Positions 1 to 8,445 of a stretch of DNA of 35,235 nucleotides are shown piece by piece. The notes beneath the pieces are model-generated. The model made no database searches. It saw only the letters and a list, made by a program, of their open reading frames with translations, and was not told the DNA's origin. Origin of the DNA: an uncultured bacterium (GTDB taxonomy: Bacteria; Gemmatimonadota; Gemmatimonadetes; JACCXV01; JAHWKZ01). The translations under genes and the position numbers were made by a program. Within the stretch, counting starts at the first letter, position 1; the number at the start of each line of letters is the position of its first letter. The stretch lies in the NCBI GenBank assembly GCA_965365605.1, contig CBDUCI010000003.1, positions 1-35,235 of the forward strand. Direction: 5' to 3'.

Positions 1-2
1 GC

Positions 3-572
3 GTGAAGTGGCAACGCATCGACCGGCAGCGAGTCTATTCGGGCCGCGTCGTCGATGTCGCGAGAGACACGATTCGCATCACCAACGGCGACGAAACCAG
101 ACAGACGATTTTCGACGTTGTTCGTCACCCGGGCGCAGCGGCGATTGTGCCGCTTTTCGACGATGCGACCGTGGCGTTGGTCAACCAGTTCCGGTACGCG
201 GTCGGCGAGCGCATCTGGGAGATCCCAGCCGGTAGTCTGGGGGACGGGGAGTCATTCGAGGCTTGCGCCGAGCGCGAGTTGGAGGAAGAGGTTGGTTATC
301 GCGCGCAACGGTGGACGCCGCTGGCCGCTTTCTACACGACTCCTGGTTTCTGCGACGAGGAGTTGAGAGTGTTCTTGGCGGAGCGCCTGATCCCCGGCAA
401 AACCAACCATGAAGACGACGAGGACATCGACATTAGACGCGTCCCGTTGCAACAAGCGCTCGAGTGGGCAACCAGCGGCCAGATCCGCGATGCGAAATCG
501 ATGCTCGGGTTGTGGGCGGCGCGGGACTATCTCAGCGCTGCCAACCGTTGGCCGCCGAGTCGTGGAGCTTGA
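3..572 (+). CDS. NUDIX hydrolase, ADP-ribose pyrophosphatase (NudF-like)
   Basis: Nudix box GSLGDGESFEACAERELEEEVG, plus HPGAAAIVP, QFRY, WEIPAG, TPGFCDE and IRDAKS typical of ADP-ribose pyrophosphatases. The GTG start is at the window edge. Confidence 0.9.
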   Translation: MKWQRIDRQRVYSGRVVDVARDTIRITNGDETRQTIFDVVRHPGAAAIVPLFDDATVALVNQFRYAVGERIWEIPAGSLGDGESFEACAERELEEEVGYRAQRWTPLAAFYTTPGFCDEELRVFLAERLIPGKTNHEDDEDIDIRRVPLQQALEWATSGQIRDAKSMLGLWAARDYLSAANRWPPSRGA

Positions 573-920
573 GTGAAGGGCGCGACCAAATCCGGTGGTG
601 AGGTTCGGTTGGTCGTCACGACCTGTCCAGACGAGGAGTTGGGAGAAGCGATCGTGCGTTCGCTCGTCGAGGAGCGACTGGCTGCCTGTGGGAATATCGT
701 CACCGGCGTGCGTTCAATCTTCTGGTGGCAGGGCAAAGTCGACAACGATAGCGAGTGCCTGGTGCTCCTCAAGACTCACACCTCACGGCTCGATCAGCTC
801 GCCTGCCGGCTCGAAGAGCTACACCCTTATGATGTTCCCGAGCTGCTTGCCCTAGAGGTCGATCGGGGGGCGATCGCGTATCTCGATTGGGTGGTTGAGG
901 AAACCGCGAGCGGCTCTTAG
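573..920 (+). CDS. cutA: Divalent-cation tolerance protein CutA
   Basis: LVEERLAACGNI, SIFWWQG, LLKT and HPYDVPE motifs; 115 aa. Confidence 0.93.
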   Translation: MKGATKSGGEVRLVVTTCPDEELGEAIVRSLVEERLAACGNIVTGVRSIFWWQGKVDNDSECLVLLKTHTSRLDQLACRLEELHPYDVPELLALEVDRGAIAYLDWVVEETASGS

Positions 921-975
921 GTTCTTTCACCTCAGCCCCATGTCCGGTCAAATCACGCTATTTCGGAATCCGTCG

Positions 976-1725
976 ATGCGCAGGATCGCGGTCGTCAACC
1001 ACAAGGGTGGAACCGGCAAGACGACGACGGCGGTTCATCTTGCGGCAGGCCTGGCCGGCCTGGGTCACCAGGTTCTGCTGCTAGAGCTCGATCCCCAGGG
1101 CAACGTCGGCACATGGTTCGGCATCAACGAACGAGACGCGTGTATGGCGGAGTTTCTGGCTGGCGAGCTGGATGCGTATGATTCGCTGGTCGAGGTGCGC
1201 GACAACCTCGATGTGATCGCCAGCGACTGGCGGTTGGCTGAAACCGAGGAGCGACTAATCTGGGGTCAAGAGCGGGAGCGCGGCTTGGCCAACCGACTCG
1301 CCAGCATCGAGGAGTACGAGGAGTACGAGTTCACGATTATCGATTGCGCGCCGTCGATGAGCATGTTAACGACCAGCGCGCTCGCTTACGCTGACGAGGT
1401 AATCATACCGATCTCGATGGAGTACCTAGCGTTGGTTGGAGTGCGACAGATCGTCGAGAACATTCTGCGGATGTCATCGTGGAACGGTAAGGAGGTACGG
1501 ATCGCCGCCGTTGTACCGACCTTCTATCGACACAACCTGCGAAAGAGCAAGGAGATTCTGGGTGTGCTGCGCAAACACTTCGACGCAGCTGTAACCGATC
1601 CGATACGCGACAACGTTCGGCTCTCGGAAGCGCCCAGCCACCGGGAGACGGTGTTCGAGTACGCTCCTCGCTCTCACGGAGCGGTCGACTACCGCAAACT
1701 GGTCGATCGTTTCGCCAGTGCCTGA
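976..1725 (+). CDS. ParA/Soj-family ATPase (orphan, no adjacent parB)
   Basis: Deviant Walker A NHKGGTGKTT, LDPQGN, IIDCAPS and Soj-like C-terminal RDNVRLSEAPSH. ATG 976 (MRRIAVVN) is the most likely start; ATG 940 is possible. Confidence 0.92.
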   Translation: MRRIAVVNHKGGTGKTTTAVHLAAGLAGLGHQVLLLELDPQGNVGTWFGINERDACMAEFLAGELDAYDSLVEVRDNLDVIASDWRLAETEERLIWGQERERGLANRLASIEEYEEYEFTIIDCAPSMSMLTTSALAYADEVIIPISMEYLALVGVRQIVENILRMSSWNGKEVRIAAVVPTFYRHNLRKSKEILGVLRKHFDAAVTDPIRDNVRLSEAPSHRETVFEYAPRSHGAVDYRKLVDRFASA

Positions 1726-2788
1726 GCGCGGCGACCAAATGAAGGGCTCGAGGGTCGGCACCGATCCGCTTGCAGCTCTCGACCCGGACCGGGTCGCTAC
1801 CTTGCTCGGTCAGGAGCCTCGGCGGAAAGCGCGGCGCAAGAAGGCTCGACCCCCAGAAAATCGCAAGTCGTCCAAGCCGGCCCGAAAGCGGTCGCGACCC
1901 CCAGCTGAGCCCGAACCGCCGGAGCTGAAGCTGATTCCAGAGCCTGAACCGGCGCCGCTGGAAACCACCCCCGCACCGGAGCCGATCGAGGTTGCGCCGG
2001 CGGAGCCGGAACCGATCGAGGTCGCGCCGGCGGAGCCCGCAGCGGCCGAAACGGTGTTGGTGGAACCCCCACTGGTCCAACCTCCGATCGTCGCGACACC
2101 GACAACTGAAACGTCATTGGTCGAGCCGCCGATTGTCGACACACCGTCGGTTGAAACACCGCCGACTGCGGCGGGTGAGGCGACCTTCGAGGTCGTCCCC
2201 GAAGACGATCCTGGGACCGATCACGGGCTCGATAAGCTATACGCTGCCCTGCGCAGCGATCCGCGGGATGTCGATGCGGCGATCCAGGTCGCGGATCAGC
2301 ATCTCGAACGCGGCTTGCACGATCAAGCGATCGCACAGCTTCTAGAGACCAAGGAGTTCGTTCCGGATTCGGTGGACGCGGCTATCGCGCTGGGCTCCGC
2401 GTACTGTCGAGCCGGCATGTACAGCGAGGCCGAGGCCGAGCTGGCGCGCGCCCTCCGACTCGATCCCGACAACGCGAGCGGCCATTGTGAGCTGGGGATT
2501 GTACACGGCAAGAAGGGGCTCTACGAAGAGGCGATCCAACAGCTGGGCCGAGCGCTCGAGCTGGACGCTGAACAAGCCCGCGCGCACTACTACGTGGGAG
2601 TGTACCTCAACCATATCGATCGGCTCGACGAGGCGGCTCAGGCGTTCGAGCGCGCAGTCGAGTGTGATCCGGCGCTCGGACGCGCCTACTACCACCTAGG
2701 CATCATCTGGGATCGCAAAGGTCGAACCGAGCGCGCGAAAGAGATGTACCGCCAAGCGCGGGAAGTCGAGAGCGACGATCGTGGATAG
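1718..2788 (+). CDS. TPR-repeat protein with basic N-terminus and Pro/Glu/Thr-rich linker
   Basis: C-terminal tandem TPR-like helices (ALGSAYCRAGMYSEAEAELARALRLDP, ELGIVHGKKGLYEEAIQQLGRALELD, AYYHLGIIWDRKGRTERAKEMYRQA). GTG 1718 overlaps the parA end; ATG 1739 is an alternative start. Confidence 0.85.
   Translation: MPERGDQMKGSRVGTDPLAALDPDRVATLLGQEPRRKARRKKARPPENRKSSKPARKRSRPPAEPEPPELKLIPEPEPAPLETTPAPEPIEVAPAEPEPIEVAPAEPAAAETVLVEPPLVQPPIVATPTTETSLVEPPIVDTPSVETPPTAAGEATFEVVPEDDPGTDHGLDKLYAALRSDPRDVDAAIQVADQHLERGLHDQAIAQLLETKEFVPDSVDAAIALGSAYCRAGMYSEAEAELARALRLDPDNASGHCELGIVHGKKGLYEEAIQQLGRALELDAEQARAHYYVGVYLNHIDRLDEAAQAFERAVECDPALGRAYYHLGIIWDRKGRTERAKEMYRQAREVESDDRG
1976..2035 (+). repeat. 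Tandem 30-bp in-frame repeat (PEPIEVAPAE x2)
   Basis: ccggagccgatcgaggttgcgccggcggag followed directly by ccggaaccgatcgaggtcgcgccggcggag (2 mismatches, both synonymous). Confidence 0.9.
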
Positions 2789-3944
2789 TCGCCACGGCGA
2801 CGGTCGCGGGTTTGCCACCAAAGCGATCCATGCTGGACAACATCCCGACCCGGTGACCGGGGCGGTCATGACGCCGATCTACCAGACGTCGACCTACGTC
2901 CAGGACGGCGTTGGTCGCCACCGCGGCTACGAGTACGCTCGTACGCACCACCTGACCCGAGCCGCACTGGAAGGTTGCGTGGCGGCTCTCGAGGGCGGGA
3001 GCCATGGTATCGCCTTCGCCTCTGGGACGGCTGCGATTCACGCCGTGATGACGCTGCTCTCTGGAGGAGATCATCTGGTGGCTGGCGAGAACCTCTACGG
3101 TGGCACCCACCGACTGTTCCAGAACGTGCTCGAACGGTTTGGCCTTTACTTCGACTACGTCGACACGCGAGACGCATCGGCGGTGGAAGCGACGATGACC
3201 GCCAATACGAAGATGCTGTTTGTCGAGACGCCATCCAACCCGCTGATGCGGATCACCGACCTCGCGGCGATGCGCGAGATCGCCGAGCGAGCGGAGTGCA
3301 TGCTGGTCGTTGACAACACCTTCATGTCACCGTTCTTTCAGCGCCCGCTCGAGTTCGGGGCCGACATCGTCGTTCACTCGACGACAAAGTTTCTGAACGG
3401 TCACAGCGACATGGTGGGTGGCGTCGCGGTGACCAACGACGGTGAGATTGCGGAACGATTGCGGTTTATCCAAAACGCGGTTGGCGCGGTGCCGGGCCCG
3501 CTGGACTGTTTTCTGGCGCTCCGCGGTCTCAAGACTCTGCCTCTGCGGATGGAACGCTCAGAGGCGACAGCGGTCGAGCTGGCCGGTTGGCTAGCCGAGC
3601 AAGATGTCGTAACCGCGGTTCACTTTCCCGGCCTTCCGGATCACCCTGAGCACGAGCTCGCCACCCGTCAAATGAGCGGTTACGGCGCGGTTATCTCGCT
3701 TGAGTTTGGCGGTGGCGCGGCCGCGCGGCGATTCCTCGAAGGCCTCGAGATCTTTCAATTGGCTGAGAGTCTGGGTGGGGTGGAGAGCTTGTGCAGCCAC
3801 CCGGGCGAGATGACGCACGCCGCTGTCCCGGTCGAGCAGCGCGAGCGGATGGGTCTTGTCGATCACCTGGTTCGGCTGTCGGTCGGAATCGAGGACCTCG
3901 ATGATCTCCGATCGGACCTCGAGCGAGCACTGAGCAAGGTCTGA
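2781..3944 (+). CDS. Cystathionine gamma-synthase/gamma-lyase family PLP enzyme
   Basis: PIYQTSTY, YEYAR, ETPSNP, VDNTF, PLP-lysine motif HSTTKFLNGHSD, SLGGVESL and RLSVGIE. Confidence 0.93.
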   Translation: MDSRHGDGRGFATKAIHAGQHPDPVTGAVMTPIYQTSTYVQDGVGRHRGYEYARTHHLTRAALEGCVAALEGGSHGIAFASGTAAIHAVMTLLSGGDHLVAGENLYGGTHRLFQNVLERFGLYFDYVDTRDASAVEATMTANTKMLFVETPSNPLMRITDLAAMREIAERAECMLVVDNTFMSPFFQRPLEFGADIVVHSTTKFLNGHSDMVGGVAVTNDGEIAERLRFIQNAVGAVPGPLDCFLALRGLKTLPLRMERSEATAVELAGWLAEQDVVTAVHFPGLPDHPEHELATRQMSGYGAVISLEFGGGAAARRFLEGLEIFQLAESLGGVESLCSHPGEMTHAAVPVEQRERMGLVDHLVRLSVGIEDLDDLRSDLERALSKV

Positions 3945-3951
3945 GCTCAGC

Positions 3952-5253
3952 ATGAAAACCCTCGTCGTCGGTAGTGGCGGACGCGAGCACGCGCTCATCT
4001 GGAAACTCCGACGCGATCACCCCGACCACGAGTTTCTGGTCACCGGACGCAATGGCGGCCTCTACGATGTCGCACGATGCGTCGAGACGAGTCCCACCGA
4101 TATCGACGGCTTGGTCGACATGGCGCGGCGCGAGCGCGTCGGCTTTACCATCGTGGGCCCCGAGGTGCCGCTGGCGGCTGGTCTGGTGGACGCATTTCGA
4201 GCTGCGGGGCTGGCCGTTTTTGGGCCGACTCGGGCCGCGGCTCGTCTCGAGTCATCAAAGGCGTACGCGAAGCGCCTCATGCAAGCCCATGGGATCCCGA
4301 CAGCGCGGTTCGAGGTCTTTACCGCCAAACCACCGGCGGCCGAGTTTGCGGCAGAGCTGGGGTTGCCATGCGTGATCAAGGCGAGCGGGCTAGCCGCCGG
4401 TAAGGGAGCGTTGGTATGTGAGACGACGACCGACGTCGAAGAAGCGCTGACGGCGTGCTTTGATCGCCGTGATTTCGGCGCCGCCGGGGACGAAGTGGTC
4501 GTTGAGGAGTTTGTGGCTGGCGAGGAAGCGTCGATGATCGCGCTGACCGATGGGCAAGATCTACTGCCACTGTTGCCTTCGCAGGATCACAAGCGGGCTG
4601 CAGACGGCGATCGGGGGCCGAACACGGGCGGCATGGGTGCGTACGCTCCGGCGACGATGCTCGACGCGGCGCAGCAGGCAGACATCGTAGAGACGGTCTT
4701 TCGGCCGGTCCTGGCGGCGCTCGAGGCGGACGGGGTTGCGTTTTCCGGGTGCCTTTACGCAGGCCTCATGCTGACGGCGACGGGACCGCGGGTGCTCGAG
4801 TGGAACGTCCGTTTTGGCGACCCCGAGGCCCAGGCTTTATTGCCGCTCATCGACACCGATCTGCTCGCGTTGCTGATGGCTGCGACCCCCGGGGGCCGAT
4901 TGGGTGAGTGTGAGATCGGTTGGCGTGAGGGCGCTTGCGTGACGGTCGTCGCGGCATCGGTCGGCTACCCATTCGACTATGAAACCGGCGCGCCGATCGA
5001 CATCCCACCCGAGCTGGAGACCGACGCTTCCTTCGATCGTGATGGGGTGGTGGTGTTCCACGCTGGCACGCGGCGAGAGGCCGGCGGCCTCGTTACGGCC
5101 GGAGGTCGGGTGCTCAACGTGACCGCGGTTGGCGTTGATGTCGGTGTAGCGCGGGAGCGTGCATACAGCGCGTTGGCGAGGATCGAGAGCCCGGCGCTGC
5201 GGTGGCGCTCCGACATCGGGTGGCGGGAGCTCGCGCGATCGCTGGCTGACTGA
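3952..5253 (+). CDS. purD: Phosphoribosylamine--glycine ligase
   Basis: MKTLVVGSGGREHAL, GPEVPL, LESSK, GLAAGKG, QDHKR, GPNTGGMGAY, NVRFGDPE and GGRVL. Confidence 0.98.
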   Translation: MKTLVVGSGGREHALIWKLRRDHPDHEFLVTGRNGGLYDVARCVETSPTDIDGLVDMARRERVGFTIVGPEVPLAAGLVDAFRAAGLAVFGPTRAAARLESSKAYAKRLMQAHGIPTARFEVFTAKPPAAEFAAELGLPCVIKASGLAAGKGALVCETTTDVEEALTACFDRRDFGAAGDEVVVEEFVAGEEASMIALTDGQDLLPLLPSQDHKRAADGDRGPNTGGMGAYAPATMLDAAQQADIVETVFRPVLAALEADGVAFSGCLYAGLMLTATGPRVLEWNVRFGDPEAQALLPLIDTDLLALLMAATPGGRLGECEIGWREGACVTVVAASVGYPFDYETGAPIDIPPELETDASFDRDGVVVFHAGTRREAGGLVTAGGRVLNVTAVGVDVGVARERAYSALARIESPALRWRSDIGWRELARSLAD

Positions 5254-5258
5254 CGTTC

Positions 5259-6095
5259 ATGCCGGAGCTGCCCGAGGTCGAAACGATCGTTCGTCAGCTG
5301 GGAAAAATCCTTCCGGGAAACCGCGTCGAACGAGTCCAGATTCTAAGAGACAACATCGTGCAGGGGTCGCCGGCGAAACTCACCAGCGCGCTCGAGGGGG
5401 CAGCGATCCGTTCGGTCAGCCGTCGCGCCAAGTTCATCGTGGTCGAGCTCGAGAGCGATCAGGTGTGGCTAACGCACTTGAGGATGAGTGGCAGCTACCG
5501 AGTGCTGCGGAGCGGCGGAAACGATGGTTCTTTGCCGGTGTACACCCGGGGGATCTTCGACCTCGAAGATGGCTCTCGGCTCCTGTACGTCGATCCGCGG
5601 ACCCTCGGTCTACTGGAGATCGTTCCCGCCGTTGCTTGGATGGCGCGTGCCGCCAAGCTCGGTCCCGAGCCGCTGAGTCCGGCATTCACAGTAGCCGTGC
5701 TCGAAGATCGTCTGGCCCACAGCCGCCAACCGATCAAGACGTTCCTGCTCGACCAACGACGAATCGCGGGGCTCGGTAACATCTACGTTGCCGAGGCCTT
5801 GTGGCGAGCTCGGGTGAGCCCTCGCAGGCGCGCGAAAAACGTAGGCCCAATGCGCGCCGCCCGCCTCCATCGCGCGATCGTCGACGTCTTGTCCGAGGCG
5901 GTCGGCGAGTCGGGCACATCGTTGGGCGGGACGTACCTGAATTTCGCCGACGCCGACGGCGATCCAGGTGAGTTCTACGAAGCGCTCAACGTCTACGATC
6001 GCGAGGACGAACCCTGTCGTCGTTGTGGCGAGGCGATCAAACGGATCGTGCAGGCTCAACGCTCGACATATTACTGCTCGCTCTGTCAGCGTTAG
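5259..6095 (+). CDS. mutM: Formamidopyrimidine-DNA glycosylase (Fpg)
   Basis: N-terminal PELPEVE, HLRMSG, H2TH motif LLDQ..IAGLGNIY, and C-terminal zinc finger CRRC...RSTYYCSLCQ. Confidence 0.97.
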   Translation: MPELPEVETIVRQLGKILPGNRVERVQILRDNIVQGSPAKLTSALEGAAIRSVSRRAKFIVVELESDQVWLTHLRMSGSYRVLRSGGNDGSLPVYTRGIFDLEDGSRLLYVDPRTLGLLEIVPAVAWMARAAKLGPEPLSPAFTVAVLEDRLAHSRQPIKTFLLDQRRIAGLGNIYVAEALWRARVSPRRRAKNVGPMRAARLHRAIVDVLSEAVGESGTSLGGTYLNFADADGDPGEFYEALNVYDREDEPCRRCGEAIKRIVQAQRSTYYCSLCQR

Positions 6096-6265
6096 GCACT
6101 CGGGAGCGGGCAAGCCGCTTCCTCCGAGAAGCCATCCGATTCAACCCCGAGCGCATGATTGAACCGCGCATGAAAGTTCTCCCACGCCAGAAACGCCGTC
6201 AGCTAGATGACCTGCGCAACAGCGCCTTCTCCTGGGCGGGAAAAGCCTCGGATCGCTCGTGCCAT
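6092..6265 (-). pseudogene. Remnant of a carboxymuconolactone decarboxylase/AhpD-family gene
   Basis: GGAGG sits 8 nt upstream of ATG 6265. The frame reads MARAIRGFSRPGEGAVAQVI*LTAFLAWENFHARFNHALGVESDGFSEEAACPLPSA*, with an internal TAG at 6203-6205. The tail resembles CMD/AhpD C-termini (ELT..IAWEN.RARFN.ALG.ES.GF). Confidence 0.7.
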
Positions 6266-6301
6266 CGTGCTTTCCTCCAGCGTAAACGTTCTATCGAGAC
6301 C

Positions 6302-6769
6302 CTAGAGCTGGATGTGTCTTAAGTCGAAGGTCCCGTTATCGAGCGTCAGAATGCCTGCCGACGGCGGAGCGCCGAACCCACCGGCAGTGCCCGGATTGAA
6401 AAAACGGATGCCATCGACGACCTCCGACATGGCGACGTGACTGTGTCCAAACAACACGAGGTCGGGACCGAGACTCTGGAAGTGACGCGCGAAATGCTCG
6501 ATGCTACCACGGGGGAATCGGTGGCCGTGGATGACGGCGATCGTCAGCCCGGCTCGATCGAGTAAGAGCTCCTCAGGGAAGCGTTCCACCAACCCCCTGG
6601 CGTCACAGTTGCCGTGCACGGCCGCCACCGGCGCGATCGCGTCGAGCTCGACCAACGTGTGATCGCGGCAGATATCACCGCAATGGATGATCTCGTTTGT
6701 ATCACGAAGCGCTTCGTGTAGGGAGGCTGGGACCCGGTCGTGGGTATCGGAGACGATTCCGATCTGCAC
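6302..6769 (-). CDS. Metallophosphoesterase, YfcE/MJ0936 family
   Basis: SDTH, HCGD, GNCD, HGH, FGHSH and NPG motifs. Confidence 0.92.
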   Translation of the reverse strand: MQIGIVSDTHDRVPASLHEALRDTNEIIHCGDICRDHTLVELDAIAPVAAVHGNCDARGLVERFPEELLLDRAGLTIAVIHGHRFPRGSIEHFARHFQSLGPDLVLFGHSHVAMSEVVDGIRFFNPGTAGGFGAPPSAGILTLDNGTFDLRHIQL

Positions 6770-6775
6770 GGCCCG

Positions 6776-7702
6776 CTACAGGATCGATTTGCCCAGCGCC
6801 GACAGGATGAGCTCCACGCCGAGCGTCCCGGTGCGGTTGCGATCGTCCAAAATCGGGTTCGTTTCGACGCAATCCATGCTCACCACCCCGCCACTGTCAC
6901 TCACCAATTCGAGCGCCAGATGCCCCTCCCGATAGTTGACGCCCCCAATGACCGGCGTCCCGACCCCCGGTGCGTAGTTGGGATCTACGAAGTCCATGTC
7001 CCAAGACACGTGAAAACCGAGGGTTCCCTGACGCACGATCGCCAGCGCCTCTTCGAGCACGTGCACGATCCCTTTCTCGTCTATCTCACGCATCGTGAAG
7101 ACGCGGATTCCCGATTCGTGGACCGTCTCGCGCTCACCGCGATCGACGTCGCGCGCGCCGATCAACGCGACCTTCTCGGCTTTGACCTTGGGGGCTGGGC
7201 CGCCAAGCTCGGTCAAAACGGGGTCGCCGTATCCGAGCGACGCGGCCAACCCCATGCCGTGGATGTTGCCGCTCATCGTGGTGTCAGGGGTGTTCATGTC
7301 GGCGTGGGCGTCGAACCACAACAGCCCGAGATCGTCGCCTTCACGTGCGGCCCACGACGCGGCACCAGCGATCGAGCCGATCGACAACGAGTGATCGCCG
7401 CCGAGCACGATCGGGAATGCGCCGGCCTCGAGGGAGGTCGCGACGCGCTCGGCGAGGGCTCGGTTGGTGCCCGCGATCTCGTCCCTGAAGCGTGCTCGGT
7501 CGGACCCGGCATCGGCCGATTCGGGGATCCTCACCGCCACATCGCCAGTGTCGACGACATCGTACCCGAGGCGGATCAGTCGATGACACAGCCCAGCGAT
7601 TCGCAGTGCGGAAGGACCCATATCTACCCCGCGTCGCCCGGCGCCGAGGTCGATCGGTACTCCGATCAGGTGAACGGGCCCTCCGTCGGTTGTGGCCACC
7701 AT
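6776..7702 (-). CDS. rocF: Arginase
   Basis: GVDMGP, GGDHS, DAHAD, SGNIHGM, SWDMDFVDP, PGVGTP and ETNP ureohydrolase motifs. GGAG precedes the ATG. Confidence 0.95.
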   Translation of the reverse strand: MVATTDGGPVHLIGVPIDLGAGRRGVDMGPSALRIAGLCHRLIRLGYDVVDTGDVAVRIPESADAGSDRARFRDEIAGTNRALAERVATSLEAGAFPIVLGGDHSLSIGSIAGAASWAAREGDDLGLLWFDAHADMNTPDTTMSGNIHGMGLAASLGYGDPVLTELGGPAPKVKAEKVALIGARDVDRGERETVHESGIRVFTMREIDEKGIVHVLEEALAIVRQGTLGFHVSWDMDFVDPNYAPGVGTPVIGGVNYREGHLALELVSDSGGVVSMDCVETNPILDDRNRTGTLGVELILSALGKSIL

Positions 7703-7703
7703 T

Positions 7704-8405
7704 CTACTCCTTGACCCCGGTGTGAAGCGCTGCGATGCCGCGACTCAACAGACGAAAGCGGACGCGCGAAAAGCCGACGTTGGTTAGCATATCGGACAAG
7801 GCCTCGCAGTCGGGGAAGTCGGCCACCGAGTCGGGCAAGTAGCGGGCGGCACTGGCATCTCCCGCGATCAACGCCCCGGCGCGTGGCAGGAGGTGGTGAA
7901 AGTAACCGTGATAGAGGGTCCGAAAGAGTCTGCCCGGTGGCGTCGTGAACTCGAGCACCACCAGCCTCCCGCCACCGTCGAGGACGCGGTGCATCTCGGA
8001 CAATCCGGCCTCGAAATCGACGAGATTGCGCAGTCCAAAGCCGATCGTGCAGCCGGCGAAAACGCCATCGGTCACGGGCAGCGCCAGCGCGTCCGCGGCC
8101 ACCGGGAAAACCGATGGCTGGCCATCCAGCTTGCTGGCGCCTCGTCGAAGCATCGGCAACGAGAAGTCGAACCCCACCGCCACCGCGCCCGGGGCGCGTG
8201 CGGTGACCGCCCGGGCCAAGTCGAGAGTGCCAGCGCAGACGTCGAGGTATCGGCGGCCCGGTACCGGAGCCAGCGCGTCGATCGCGTCTGCCCGCCAGAG
8301 TCGGTGGACGCCGGCCGACAGAACATCGTTGAACAAGTCGTAGCGTGGCGCGATCGTGTCGAACATCGATCGCACCCGGGTCGCCTTGGCGCGATCAGCT
8401 TCCAA
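7704..8405 (-). CDS. ubiE: Ubiquinone/menaquinone biosynthesis C-methyltransferase (UbiE/MenG)
   Basis: VRSMFDTIAPRYDLFNDVLS, LDVCAGT, DFSLPML, GFGLRN, LEF and YLPDS. The start is uncertain; TTG 8405 is chosen. The ORF-track extension to 8717 is antisense to the sigma gene. Confidence 0.9.
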   Translation of the reverse strand: MEADRAKATRVRSMFDTIAPRYDLFNDVLSAGVHRLWRADAIDALAPVPGRRYLDVCAGTLDLARAVTARAPGAVAVGFDFSLPMLRRGASKLDGQPSVFPVAADALALPVTDGVFAGCTIGFGLRNLVDFEAGLSEMHRVLDGGGRLVVLEFTTPPGRLFRTLYHGYFHHLLPRAGALIAGDASAARYLPDSVADFPDCEALSDMLTNVGFSRVRFRLLSRGIAALHTGVKE

Positions 8406-8408
8406 CGG

Positions 8409-8435
8409 CGAAACTGGCGAGCGACACGCTCCGTA
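8409..8435 (+). promoter_or_regulatory. Putative autoregulatory ECF promoter CGAAAC-N17-CGTA
   Basis: CGAAAC at 8409-8414 and CGTA at 8432-8435, a few nt upstream of the sigma GTG. Similar to the SigW-type TGAAAC...CGTA consensus, and the same motif and spacing recur at 9054-9080. Confidence 0.7.
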
Positions 8436-8445
8436 CGGGGTGCAC

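Noticed and set aside
6099-6128. GC-rich hairpin after mutM as an intrinsic terminator
   Set aside because: Imperfect stem, no U-tract, and it lies inside the CMD remnant frame, so it cannot be supported as a terminator.
6203-6205. TAG as pyrrolysine read-through
   Set aside because: No pyl genes in the window, the position corresponds to Glu, and the gene also lacks its core.
7003-7018. CACGTGAAA resembling part of parS
   Set aside because: Only the right part matches, it is not palindromic beyond CACGTG, and it lies within arginase codons.
6740-7714. 324-aa plus-strand ORF
   Set aside because: Antisense shadow of arginase with no motifs; expected in high-GC DNA.
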